Below, piece after piece: positions 19,244 to 28,334 of a stretch of DNA of 64,000 bases. The notes under the pieces were generated by a model that was not told the DNA's origin, searched no databases, and saw nothing but the letters and a program-made list of their open reading frames with translations. The stretch covers positions 41,480 to 105,479 of the forward strand of contig CBFIDD010000005.1 in assembly GCA_965661285.1 (NCBI GenBank), written 5' to 3'. The DNA is from Poseidonia sp. GTDB taxonomy: Archaea > Thermoplasmatota > Poseidoniia > Poseidoniales > Poseidoniaceae. The position numbers were made by a program, and so were the translations under genes. The first letter of the stretch is position 1. Every line of letters starts with the position of its first letter.

Positions 19244-20206
19244 ATGCTCGACACCGCCACCTCCTTGGCTGACGTTCTCTATCCTTCGATCGAACCTCAT
19301 ACCGAGGGCATGCTGGAGGTCTCTTCGCTTCACACCATCGCATGGGAACAAAGCGGCAATCCAGACGGGCTTCCCGTCGTGGTCATTCACGGCGGTCCTG
19401 GTGGCGGAGGTCAACCTTCGTACAGGCGGTACTTCGACCCCGAGGCGTTCAACATCGTCCAGTTCGACCAGCGTGGGTGCGGGAAATCCACGCCCTATGC
19501 GGAGTTGGAAGACAACAACACGCACGCCTCGGTGGCCGATATTGAAGCGCTTCGAGAACACCTCGGCATCGATTCGTGGCATGTGTTTGGCGGTTCATGG
19601 GGCTCAACCCTCGCACTGATTTACGCTCAACATCATCCAGACCGTGTGCGCAGCCTTGTACTGCGTGGCATTTTCATGTGCCGTAAATCCGAACTCCACT
19701 GGTTCTATCAGGACGGTGCGAGCCATATTTTTCCGGACGCCTTTGCACCGTACCGCGACCACATTCCCGAGGCAGAACGTTCGGATTTGATTCGCGCCTA
19801 TTATGCTCGCCTGACCAGCGACAACGTCGAGGTTCGGCGCGCCGCAGCCAAGGAGTGGACGCGCTGGGAGATGGCCACCAGCCGCCTCTTCCCCGACCCT
19901 GAGTACCTTGACAAGGCCGAAGACCTCGATTTTGCCGTGGCCTTCGCCCGCATTGAATGCCATTATTTCATCAACGCCATTTTCGTTGAAGAAGCCTATA
20001 TTCTGAACCATGTTGACCGCATTCAACACCTGCCCACCATCATCGTTCAAGGACGCTATGACGTGGTTTGTCCGCCGCGTAGCGCGTGGGAACTGCATCA
20101 GGCCATGCCCGATAGCCGCCTGGTGATGGTTCCAGACGCGGGACATTCGATGGGCGAAGTCAGCATTGCTCGTGAATTGGTCGCCGCGACCGACGCCTTG
20201 CGCTGA
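19244..20206 (+). CDS. pip: Proline iminopeptidase (peptidase S33)
   Basis: 'HGGPGGG', 'FDQRGCGKSTP', nucleophile 'GGSWGSTL', 'GRYDVVCP', 'AGHS'. Confidence 0.95.
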   Translation: MLDTATSLADVLYPSIEPHTEGMLEVSSLHTIAWEQSGNPDGLPVVVIHGGPGGGGQPSYRRYFDPEAFNIVQFDQRGCGKSTPYAELEDNNTHASVADIEALREHLGIDSWHVFGGSWGSTLALIYAQHHPDRVRSLVLRGIFMCRKSELHWFYQDGASHIFPDAFAPYRDHIPEAERSDLIRAYYARLTSDNVEVRRAAAKEWTRWEMATSRLFPDPEYLDKAEDLDFAVAFARIECHYFINAIFVEEAYILNHVDRIQHLPTIIVQGRYDVVCPPRSAWELHQAMPDSRLVMVPDAGHSMGEVSIARELVAATDALR

Positions 20207-20312
20207 GGGGAATATGCCGGTAAGGCGAGCCCCGGAGATGCGCTTTCAAGCGTCGGCTTGATAGGGAGGAATGGCCTCGCCGTGGATGGAGGCTTGACCT
20301 CCGGGTGAAGAC

Positions 20313-21080
20313 ATGACGGAAGGAACCATCACGCCTGAGGTCCAAATCAAAGAGCTCCAAGAGGCGCTCGCCACCGAAACCGACCGTTTGCAGAAGCTGT
20401 TTGCAGCCTACGAAACCCAAGAGAAGGAACTCGTTGACGCCAAGGCGGAGATTGAAGTCCTCGAAAAGGAAATCATCGACCGTGAAATCGAGAAAGAATC
20501 GCTTGAGTCCATCATCGCAGAAAAAGACGTTCGGGTCCGCGAATTGGAGATGAAAGCCACCAAGAATTCCAAGCGTGTTGAACATCTTGAACCAGAATTG
20601 GAAAAGATGGAAGAAAAGTACTCCCGTGAAAAAGACCGACTCGGCAAGGTCTTCGGCATCGCAGAGGAACTGGACAACGACCTTCGCCTGGCCGTCACTG
20701 AAATGAAAGCCCGAGACGACTGGTACGTCGATCACATGCAGATTTTTGAAGACCTGAACAAGGCGATCAAGGTGCGCTACGAGATGATCGAGCGAGCCGT
20801 TGAATCCGAACGCAAGTCGCAACACATGTCCCGTGCCTTCACCGAACGCGTGGAAGAAATGGTCCAAGCACGAAGCGAAGAGATGGCTAAATCCGAAGCC
20901 GAAACCGCCGAGGCAGAGGAAGCCACCGCCGCCGTTGAAGTGGTCGAAGAAGCACCTGCTGAAGAAGCCCCAGCCGAAGAAGAAGTTGAGGCTGAGGAAG
21001 AAGCAACTTCCGAAGAAGCAGCCGAAGAGAGCGCCCCCGCAGCGTGGGGAGACGAACAAGACCCCTGGGCCACGGAGTAA
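20313..21080 (+). CDS. Long coiled-coil protein with acidic Glu/Ala-rich tail
   Basis: About 190 aa of heptad-like E/K-rich helix, then EEAPAEEAPAEEE and a terminal WGDEQDPWATE. GGGTGA SD upstream. Confidence 0.8.
   Translation: MTEGTITPEVQIKELQEALATETDRLQKLFAAYETQEKELVDAKAEIEVLEKEIIDREIEKESLESIIAEKDVRVRELEMKATKNSKRVEHLEPELEKMEEKYSREKDRLGKVFGIAEELDNDLRLAVTEMKARDDWYVDHMQIFEDLNKAIKVRYEMIERAVESERKSQHMSRAFTERVEEMVQARSEEMAKSEAETAEAEEATAAVEVVEEAPAEEAPAEEEVEAEEEATSEEAAEESAPAAWGDEQDPWATE
20900..21040 (+). repeat. Low-complexity GAAGAAGCN repeat encoding EEA(PA)
   Basis: Imperfect tandem gaagaagcacctgct/gaagaagccccagcc inside the CDS. Confidence 0.55.
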
Positions 21081-21088
21081 GTGATTGA

Positions 21089-21949
21089 ATGGCCGGATTG
21101 GCCCCGGGCGGCCACGGTCCTGTTTTGACGATGACCATGATGGGCGTGAGCGCCCTCATCATCGGTTCGCTCATCGACCCGATTGCAGGCTTGGTCCCGC
21201 TTTTCGGCATGGGCTGTCTCATGGTCGCCGTGTTCTTCGGATATTTTTGGCGCGACCCCGACCGTCCAATTCCGCGATCAAGCGACGTGTTGGTCGCTCC
21301 TGCGGACGGGCATGCGATGTTTCTGAGAAGAGAGCGAGCCACAGGACGCCGCCCGACAAAGGATGAGGTCGCTCAGGGACTCGTGGAAACCGACCCGCTC
21401 ACCGGTGATTGGTTTCCCGAACCGCTCGACGACCCGCTGAGCTTTGCCACCGAGCAGCGATACGAACCCGTTTCTCGCGGTGAGGAACAAGCAAACGATG
21501 TCTTGCGCTTGGCCCTGTTCATGTCGCCCCTCGACGTCCACGTCAATCGCGCCCCCGCTGCCGCAACGGTGGAGCGAATCGAACATCGCACGGGCAAGGG
21601 TTTGCGCCGAGGGCCGTTTCGTCCAGCGTTTCAGAAGGAAAGCGAGCATAACGAACGGGTACGCTCGGTGCATCTTCTCGAGAACGGTAAGCGACTTGAA
21701 CTGACGCAAATTGCCGGAGCGTTGGCCAGAACGGTTGTGCCGTATGCGTTTGAAGGCGATGCTCTGCGTCGCGGGCAGCGTCTCGGCATGATTCGGTTGG
21801 GTTCAAGAGTGGACCTTCGGGTACCGGCTGAGTCATACATTTCTTCAATCATCACCGCAGAGGACGGGAAGAAGGAACATCCGAAGGGGATGCATGTCAT
21901 GGCAGGTTCCAGCGTGGTGTTCGAACGAATTTTGGAGGAAGAAGCGTGA
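21089..21949 (+). CDS. psd: Phosphatidylserine/archaetidylserine decarboxylase proenzyme
   Basis: 'FWRDPDR', 'APADG', 'FMSPLDVHVNRAP', autocleavage site 'GMIRLGSRVDL'. Confidence 0.92.
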   Translation: MAGLAPGGHGPVLTMTMMGVSALIIGSLIDPIAGLVPLFGMGCLMVAVFFGYFWRDPDRPIPRSSDVLVAPADGHAMFLRRERATGRRPTKDEVAQGLVETDPLTGDWFPEPLDDPLSFATEQRYEPVSRGEEQANDVLRLALFMSPLDVHVNRAPAAATVERIEHRTGKGLRRGPFRPAFQKESEHNERVRSVHLLENGKRLELTQIAGALARTVVPYAFEGDALRRGQRLGMIRLGSRVDLRVPAESYISSIITAEDGKKEHPKGMHVMAGSSVVFERILEEEA

Positions 21950-23019
21950 GTGGTTGGCGCAGAACAGTACCGGCGATGTTGATCTTTCTTATCGCAAGCC
22001 TCCCCTTTGCGTATTTCCAAGTGGGGAATCTTGTCTACACTCAGGCAGCCGCCAGCAGCCCAGATTGTTCGGGGCACTCAGCCCGTAACTCACCGGACGA
22101 GTTTAGCGTAGAACTGTGGCACGAAGACGTCACTACGGTCACTCACCAGAAGAACGAGACGCTCGCAGCTGAACTTGAACCGCTGTGGTTTGACCAATGG
22201 GACAACGTCACCATCGATGTGCCCGATGAACCCATCACGTTGGCGGCGTGGGTGATGGAGCACGACACATCTCAACCTTGGGTCATCATCGTCCACGGTA
22301 TCCGTTCTTGCAAGGCCAATCATGAGGTGCTGATTCCTGCTGCTTGGCTTCACGATGCTGGCTTCAATGTCATTCTGTTTGACATGAGGGACCATGGCGA
22401 CAGCACGACCGAGGACGGTTTGGTTTCAGCAGGACAGCGAGAGTACCGCGATCTGCTCGCCGTTTGGCAGTGGATTCAGGACGAAAAGGGGGCGTCGCCA
22501 GAGAACATTGGTGCCATCGGTATCTCCATGGGTGCGGGAGCGGTCACCATTGCCTTTGAGCAAGAACCTCAACTGCAATCGATTTTCCTTGAATCGCCCT
22601 TCTCATCGATGGGCACCATCATTCACGAAGAATTGGAGTTTGCCGGCTTTCCGCCGTTCCTCAAGAACGCCGCCATCTTCGCTGGCAAAGTCTCCTCCGG
22701 GGATGATTTGGTCAAGTACGAACCCATCAACGCCATGGCTGAGGTGGGCAATCGTTCGGTGTTCATCACGCAATCTTTGGAGGATGTTCGCATCAATATC
22801 CATCACGGGGAGTCCATGTGTGAAGCTGCTCAAGCGGGCATGAACGGGGACGGTTTCGTCGACTGCTGGTTTGAATCCTCAGGCGTCGCTCACAACGACC
22901 GTGACAGGGAAGGCATTCTTTCCCACATCACGCTGATGCTTACCCAATCGGACGAATATCAGGCCCGAATGGTGAGTTTCTTTGAAAACAGCATCGGAAA
23001 ACCGGATGCGGTGGTTTGA
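21946..23019 (+). CDS. Membrane-anchored/exported alpha/beta hydrolase
   Basis: N-terminal TM, 'VHG', 'FDMRDHGDS', nucleophile 'GISMGA'. Confidence 0.85.
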   Translation: MSGWRRTVPAMLIFLIASLPFAYFQVGNLVYTQAAASSPDCSGHSARNSPDEFSVELWHEDVTTVTHQKNETLAAELEPLWFDQWDNVTIDVPDEPITLAAWVMEHDTSQPWVIIVHGIRSCKANHEVLIPAAWLHDAGFNVILFDMRDHGDSTTEDGLVSAGQREYRDLLAVWQWIQDEKGASPENIGAIGISMGAGAVTIAFEQEPQLQSIFLESPFSSMGTIIHEELEFAGFPPFLKNAAIFAGKVSSGDDLVKYEPINAMAEVGNRSVFITQSLEDVRINIHHGESMCEAAQAGMNGDGFVDCWFESSGVAHNDRDREGILSHITLMLTQSDEYQARMVSFFENSIGKPDAVV

Positions 23020-23055
23020 AACAGGAGACGCTGACGGCGACCTGCGGTGAAGCCC

Positions 23056-24222
23056 ATGACCGATACACCCGTTCTTCCGTTGCTCGGTCAAGGGAAGAAG
23101 GGTTTGCGCATTCACGATTTGGTCAAAGCCCCCGCCAACACGCCGTGGGCAAAAGCCAAGCAACAATCGTGGGATGCCAGCGAGCCAGCCACGGTCTACA
23201 CCACGCCGGAAGTCTTGGCCGACGGCACGCCCTGCAGTGCGGTAACCGTCATCTTGCGAACAAAAGGCTGCCACTGGTGGTGGTCGTCCGGCTGCACCTT
23301 TTGCGGTTACTTCAACGATACACGGGACGATGTCACCAACGACGACTTGCATGCCCAATGGGCGGCAGCGAAAGAAAAGTTTGACAATTTCGCTGAACAA
23401 GCCATGGTCAAAGTCTACACCTCCGGAAGCTTGCTCGAAGACCGGGAGATTCCCGTTGCTTTTCAGGAGACGGTGCTGCGAGACTGTGCTGAGATGGGGA
23501 AGGAACTCATCGTCGAGAGCCGCTGTGAGCAGTTGACAGAGGAGAAACTCTCCTGGGCCACCTCCATCAACGATTCTTTCACCGTCGCCATCGGACTTGA
23601 GGCCTACGACGACGAAGTGCTTCGTTTCCATGTCAACAAAGGGTTCAGTACGGCTTCGTGGGATCGAGCGGTGGCCAATTTGGAGAAGTTCAACTTGCGC
23701 ATCAAAACCTACCTCATGTTCAAACCGCCCTTCATGAACGAAGCCGACGCACTTGACCACTGTGTCAAATGGATTGGAGCGGTGGCCGAGCAATCCGATG
23801 AAATCTCCGTCAATCCGATGAACATCCAACGTGGGACCGTCATCGACCGTCTTCACCGCCACAACGAATACCGGCCGCCATGGCTATGGTCGCTGGTCGA
23901 TATGATCCGACGTGCTCACCCATTGATTCACCCCGAAGGCGGGGTCAATGGCGACGACGACCAAGTCGCACGCCTCATCGTTCACCCCACGGCAGGTGGA
24001 AAAATACGCGGTTCGCACAATTGCGGTTCGTGCGACGCCGAAGTCGTTGCGGCCATAGAGCGCTATGCTGTTTCGGGAAGCCTGCTTGAATTTGACGGTC
24101 TGAAGTGTGATTGCGAGGCTGTTTGGCGAAACGAAGTGAAGTTGGAACGCCAACTCCCTGTTCCTCTCGGCCTCTCCAAGCCCCGTCGGGGCTCGGCGGT
24201 TGACCGTTTGCGTTCGCCTTGA
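23056..24222 (+). CDS. Archaeosine biosynthesis radical SAM protein (RaSEA/TIGR01210-like)
   Basis: 'ILRTKGCHWWWSSGCTFCG' (Cx7Cx2C), 'YTSGS', 'YRPPWLWS', 'RGSHNCGSCD'. Confidence 0.88.
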   Translation: MTDTPVLPLLGQGKKGLRIHDLVKAPANTPWAKAKQQSWDASEPATVYTTPEVLADGTPCSAVTVILRTKGCHWWWSSGCTFCGYFNDTRDDVTNDDLHAQWAAAKEKFDNFAEQAMVKVYTSGSLLEDREIPVAFQETVLRDCAEMGKELIVESRCEQLTEEKLSWATSINDSFTVAIGLEAYDDEVLRFHVNKGFSTASWDRAVANLEKFNLRIKTYLMFKPPFMNEADALDHCVKWIGAVAEQSDEISVNPMNIQRGTVIDRLHRHNEYRPPWLWSLVDMIRRAHPLIHPEGGVNGDDDQVARLIVHPTAGGKIRGSHNCGSCDAEVVAAIERYAVSGSLLEFDGLKCDCEAVWRNEVKLERQLPVPLGLSKPRRGSAVDRLRSP

Positions 24223-24296
24223 GATTCGCCTCGCAGCCCGTGCTTTTTCGTTCAAAGAAGTGGTGAATGTTTATCACCGCCCATCAAGTCGCAGGC

Positions 24297-24315
24297 TTGA
24301 CCCCTATGGGGTCAA
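24297..24315. promoter_or_regulatory. Perfect inverted repeat TTGACCCC-TAT-GGGGTCAA (putative operator or 5' hairpin)
   Basis: 8-bp arms with a 3-nt spacer, between a TATA-like TTTATC (24270) and the SD GAGGTGA (24319). Confidence 0.6.
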
Positions 24316-24330
24316 TTTGAGGTGAACCGT

Positions 24331-24603
24331 ATGACAAACTCTCGAGCCCTCCCCGACACCACTGTCGGCACCGGCGAACCAGCCGCTAGCCGAATTGTTT
24401 TGACGTTGTTTTTTGTGGGCCTCCTCGGCCTCTATTCGCTCTTCTCAAATGTCTTCGGTTGGGACAACCTTCCCCTCCTTGGCGAACTCGTCCCTCTGGT
24501 GCAGAATCTCGGTGGGAGCGGCATCTGGTACTATTTGATTGGCTTCTTGATTGGCATCGGTGCCATCGTGGCGACGTTGGTGGGCGAGGTACTCGCTGAA
24601 TGA
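24331..24603 (+). CDS. Small two-TM membrane protein
   Basis: Strong SD GAGGTGA, two hydrophobic helices, operonic with the next gene. Confidence 0.75.
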   Translation: MTNSRALPDTTVGTGEPAASRIVLTLFFVGLLGLYSLFSNVFGWDNLPLLGELVPLVQNLGGSGIWYYLIGFLIGIGAIVATLVGEVLAE

Positions 24604-24617
24604 TGGAGGTGTGATGC

Positions 24618-26603
24618 ATGGAAACCATCTTCATTTCTGGCGGCTTTTTGGTCGCGCTCCTCTTCTTCCTCTCACAATCCCTCTCCAAGGGCGTCGGCTC
24701 TGTTGGCGGTGCGTTGAAACAAATCGGTCTGTTCATCCTCCAAAAGAACCCACCTGGCTTGGTCGACATCTTTGACGACCGAGACGGCAGCGGCTCCCGC
24801 ACATGGATGAACTTCAGCATGCTCTGGCTCGTCTTTGCCTCGCTGCTTGGTTTCCTTGGCGGGTGGCACAAGTACGACCCAACCGCTCTTGATTCCCTCG
24901 CCAGCGTGGGCTGGTCGTACGACGACGGTTCCGCATTGACCGACGCTACCCTCAATTTCCTCACCATCGCCCTTCTCTACGGCATGATCGGTAGCGGAAT
25001 GGTCGCCACCGCTCGAAACAGCAACGGCCGCATGGCAAGCGAAGCCAACGCCTCCATGGTGGCCCTTCTCTTGACTGCGGTTCTCCTCGCCAGCTACCTC
25101 CTCCCGTTCATCTTCGGTTTCCTTGACATCGATACAGAAACCGGAGCGGTTGCAACCATGCTCTACAGCCTCGAGACGTTGGCCCTCGGCCTCCTCCTCG
25201 TTCCGGTGTTCATCAACGTCCTGATCACCGCTGCCAACCGAGGAGAGCAGGAGCTCCAAACCAGCGTTTGGTTCCTCATCATGGGTCTCGCCGCCTTCAT
25301 CCTCTCCATGGTGTACATGTTCTTTGGCGAACTGGCTGACGCCACCCAAACGGTCTGGCTTGCCGAACGCGTCGCTCACGGTTGGGTTCCACTCGCGTTG
25401 ATGTTCTCCGTCGGCTACCACGTCATCCCGATGACGGCGAAGCAACCCATCTGGTCGGGCTCGATGCGCACCGCAAGCATGCTCTTGCTCTTCATCACCA
25501 TCCCGCCCTTCTTCATGACCGAAGCCTCGGCCAGCAACTTCGTGACCAACCTCGGGGCCATCCTTCTCACCTTGGGCGTGCTCCCCATCTTTGCCGCCTC
25601 CATCAACCTCCTGATGACGGCCAGTTCGGGGCTCAGTTCCATCGTCAAGCAACCCGGTGCCATTGCGGCCACCATGGCGTTCCTGGCCCTCCCCTTCTTC
25701 GCCGTAGGCGGTTATTTCACCGCCATGGACACCTTTGTCGGCACTGGCGAACTTGGCACGATGGGTGAGATTGTGAACATTGGTATGTTGTTCACGGTCG
25801 GTGGGCTCCTCGTGCTTGCTGGTGCGTTCACCAACTACCCCAACGCCATCGGAAAACCACTCGCTACTCCACCAACGGCGACCTTGGCCACGTGGATGGT
25901 CCTCGTTGGTGGTGTCGCCTCCACCCTGACCTATCTCATCGGAGAATTCACCACAAACGCCGTCGCTTCCTCAGAAGTTGAGGACGTCGTGGCCAACAGC
26001 GGTGGATTCTATTTGACGGGTGCAGCCTTGTTTTACTTAGCATCCATCGGGACCATCCTTTCCACGATGGTCGTGATTCGAACCGGCATCTCTTCCACCG
26101 GCCGCTCTAAGGTTGTTGAAGAGACGTCGGACATGGCCAGCTACACCTTGACCTCCGGTTCCTCCACCACGATTCGAGATCTTATCGGTCGTGGCGTGGG
26201 CGTCGATACCACGCTGGTTGTGAGCGAGACCGAACCTAGCGAAGGTGGCTCCACCATCATCGCTGTGGATTCTGCACTTCACAACGACGAGATCAAAGAA
26301 TTCCCGACCACGGCCACGTCGGTCATGGTTGAGTTTGTCCAGTACCTCACCAACACCAAGCAGTCCGTGTTTGAATTGTTCCGAGGCATGGATTTGGACG
26401 ACTCGGGTAAAATCGACAGTCAGGAATTCCTCGCAGCGCTTGAAGGATCAGACGTAGAGGCCCTTTCCTCCATGGACGCAAAGGAACTTGTTGAGCGTAT
26501 GGACCTTGACGGTGATGGCGAGTTGAACCTTCCAGAACTTGACATCGCCATCGCACAGATCAAGCGCGACCACAACATCGTGGCCTCTGAAGAAGAGGAA
26601 TGA
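24618..26603 (+). CDS. Polytopic membrane protein resembling haem-copper oxidase subunit I (CcoN-like, ligand-less) with C-terminal EF-hand pair
   Basis: About 13 TMs with segments resembling CcoN. EF-hands [12 protein letters not shown] and [21 protein letters not shown] upstream. Confidence 0.7.
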   Translation: [661 protein letters not shown]

Positions 26604-26624
26604 GGCTTTGCAGGGCGTGCTTCC

Positions 26625-27905
26625 GTGCGCATCGGTTTGGTCGGCAAACCCAACGTGGGCAAATCCACGTTTTTCAGCGCAGCAACCCTGGCACAGGTTG
26701 ACATTGCCAACTACCCTTTTTGCACCATCGACCCGAACGTCGGCGTAGCGTTTGTTGAGGCACGTTTGGACTGCCCCTGTCGCGAACTTCGGGAGAAATT
26801 GGAGGCCGAGGGCCGACTCGGTGCCGCCGAAGAAGACGACCCTCGCCAGGGCAGTTTGTGCGAGCCACGAACCGGAACGTGCATCGGTCACCGCCGTTCG
26901 GTCCCTGTTGCCCTTGTCGACGTGGCCGGTCTCGTCCCCGGTGCCAGTGAGGGACGCGGTCGGGGGAATGCCTTCCTTGCCGACCTTGCCAATTGTGATG
27001 TGCTGATCCAGGTGGTTGATGCCGCAGGATCAACCGATATCGAGGGCCAATTCACCGGTTCGACATCCTCGACCGAAGAGGCCGTTCATGCCGTTCAAGC
27101 CGAGATAGAATTTCTCGAACGAGAACTTGATGCTTGGATTGGTGGCCTTTTGCACGAGGGTTGGAATCGCGGGGTTCGCCGTGTGCAAGCCGAGGGCGAG
27201 AAGGGCTTGATGACCTTCGTACAAGAACGCTTGAGCGGATTGGGGGCCACGGCTCCTCTGGTCGCTCAGGGGATGGCGGCGTTCAATGCGATCCACGCCT
27301 CGGAGGCCCAGCCATGGGATTGGGACCGAACGTCGCTTGACCTTCTGGGGCGCTGCATGCGAGAACAACTGTTCCCCGTCGTCTACGCCGCGAACAAAAT
27401 GGACATCGCCCCAAAAGGGGTCATCGAGGCCTTTCCCAATCGCTCGATGTACGCCTGCATGGCCGACATGGAACTGGCGCTTCGGCGTGCATCATCGGCC
27501 GGTCTCATCGAGTATCGGAGCGGGCAAGCTCGTTTTGAAACGGCCGCGGATGCATCGTTAAACGACGCTCAGAAAAAAGCCCTTGATCACATGCAAGAAC
27601 GACTGCAATCCGCTGGAGGGACGGGACTTGCCAACCTCATGGACGAGGTGTTGTTTGACCGGCTGGATCACATGGTGGTCTACCCGGTCCAGGACGAGAC
27701 GCATTGGGTGGACGGGGATGGACGTGTGCTTCCCGATGCTTTGGTCGTCCCTTCGGGCCTTCACGCCAAGGCCCTTGCAGGACGCGTTCACACCGATTTA
27801 GAAACCGGTTTCATCAAAGGCGTCGACGGTCGAACGCGGCGTGTTGTTGGCGCTGACCATGAGTTGGCTGACGGCGACGTGTTGAAAATTCACGCCAAGT
27901 CTTGA
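26625..27905 (+). CDS. YchF/Ygr210-family Obg-like GTPase with TGS domain
   Basis: 'GKPNVGKST', 'NYPFCTIDPN', 'DVAGLVPGA..GRGRGNAFL', 'NKMD', C-terminal TGS domain. Confidence 0.92.
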   Translation: MRIGLVGKPNVGKSTFFSAATLAQVDIANYPFCTIDPNVGVAFVEARLDCPCRELREKLEAEGRLGAAEEDDPRQGSLCEPRTGTCIGHRRSVPVALVDVAGLVPGASEGRGRGNAFLADLANCDVLIQVVDAAGSTDIEGQFTGSTSSTEEAVHAVQAEIEFLERELDAWIGGLLHEGWNRGVRRVQAEGEKGLMTFVQERLSGLGATAPLVAQGMAAFNAIHASEAQPWDWDRTSLDLLGRCMREQLFPVVYAANKMDIAPKGVIEAFPNRSMYACMADMELALRRASSAGLIEYRSGQARFETAADASLNDAQKKALDHMQERLQSAGGTGLANLMDEVLFDRLDHMVVYPVQDETHWVDGDGRVLPDALVVPSGLHAKALAGRVHTDLETGFIKGVDGRTRRVVGADHELADGDVLKIHAKS

Positions 27906-27911
27906 ACGCGT

Positions 27912-28298
27912 TCAGTGGCCCTTGGGTCGGTCGTAGGCTGGCGTAAGGCGGGACATATCACCTGAGTATTGACCGCCTCGATAGATAAAGAGAACCGGAG
28001 CGGCGAGGGTGAGCAGAATCAGCAGAATGAGGAAAAACAGCCCCCACGGCTTGACTCCGGACAGGGTAGAGGCCCACAAAATCCACAAGAATGGAAGGTA
28101 GAGGAAGATGCTGTATCGGCGTGCGACGGCAGAGAAGCGAGCACTTGCCGCGCTTTTCTCAAAGAGAACAGGGACGTCTTCTTTGTTCACCAAACCCTTG
28201 TCCACGCCGCATCGAACGCAAACCTGCGTGTACTGGCCATTTCCGTGAATGAAGAACTCACGAGGATAGGTGCTGGCACAGTGTCTGCAGGTCGGCAT
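27912..28298 (-). CDS. Small Zn-ribbon membrane protein
   Basis: CRHC..CVRC at the N-terminus and two TM helices. Confidence 0.7.
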   Translation of the reverse strand: MPTCRHCASTYPREFFIHGNGQYTQVCVRCGVDKGLVNKEDVPVLFEKSAASARFSAVARRYSIFLYLPFLWILWASTLSGVKPWGLFFLILLILLTLAAPVLFIYRGGQYSGDMSRLTPAYDRPKGH

Positions 28299-28334
28299 GG
28301 CTGTTCCCTGTCCAACCCAGCCGGAAGGGATTCT

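Noticed and set aside
20290-24302. Shared 10-mer AGGCTTGACC upstream of genes 20313 and 24331
   Set aside because: The spacing to the TATA box and start differs, and a single 10-mer match among intergenic regions is plausible by chance.
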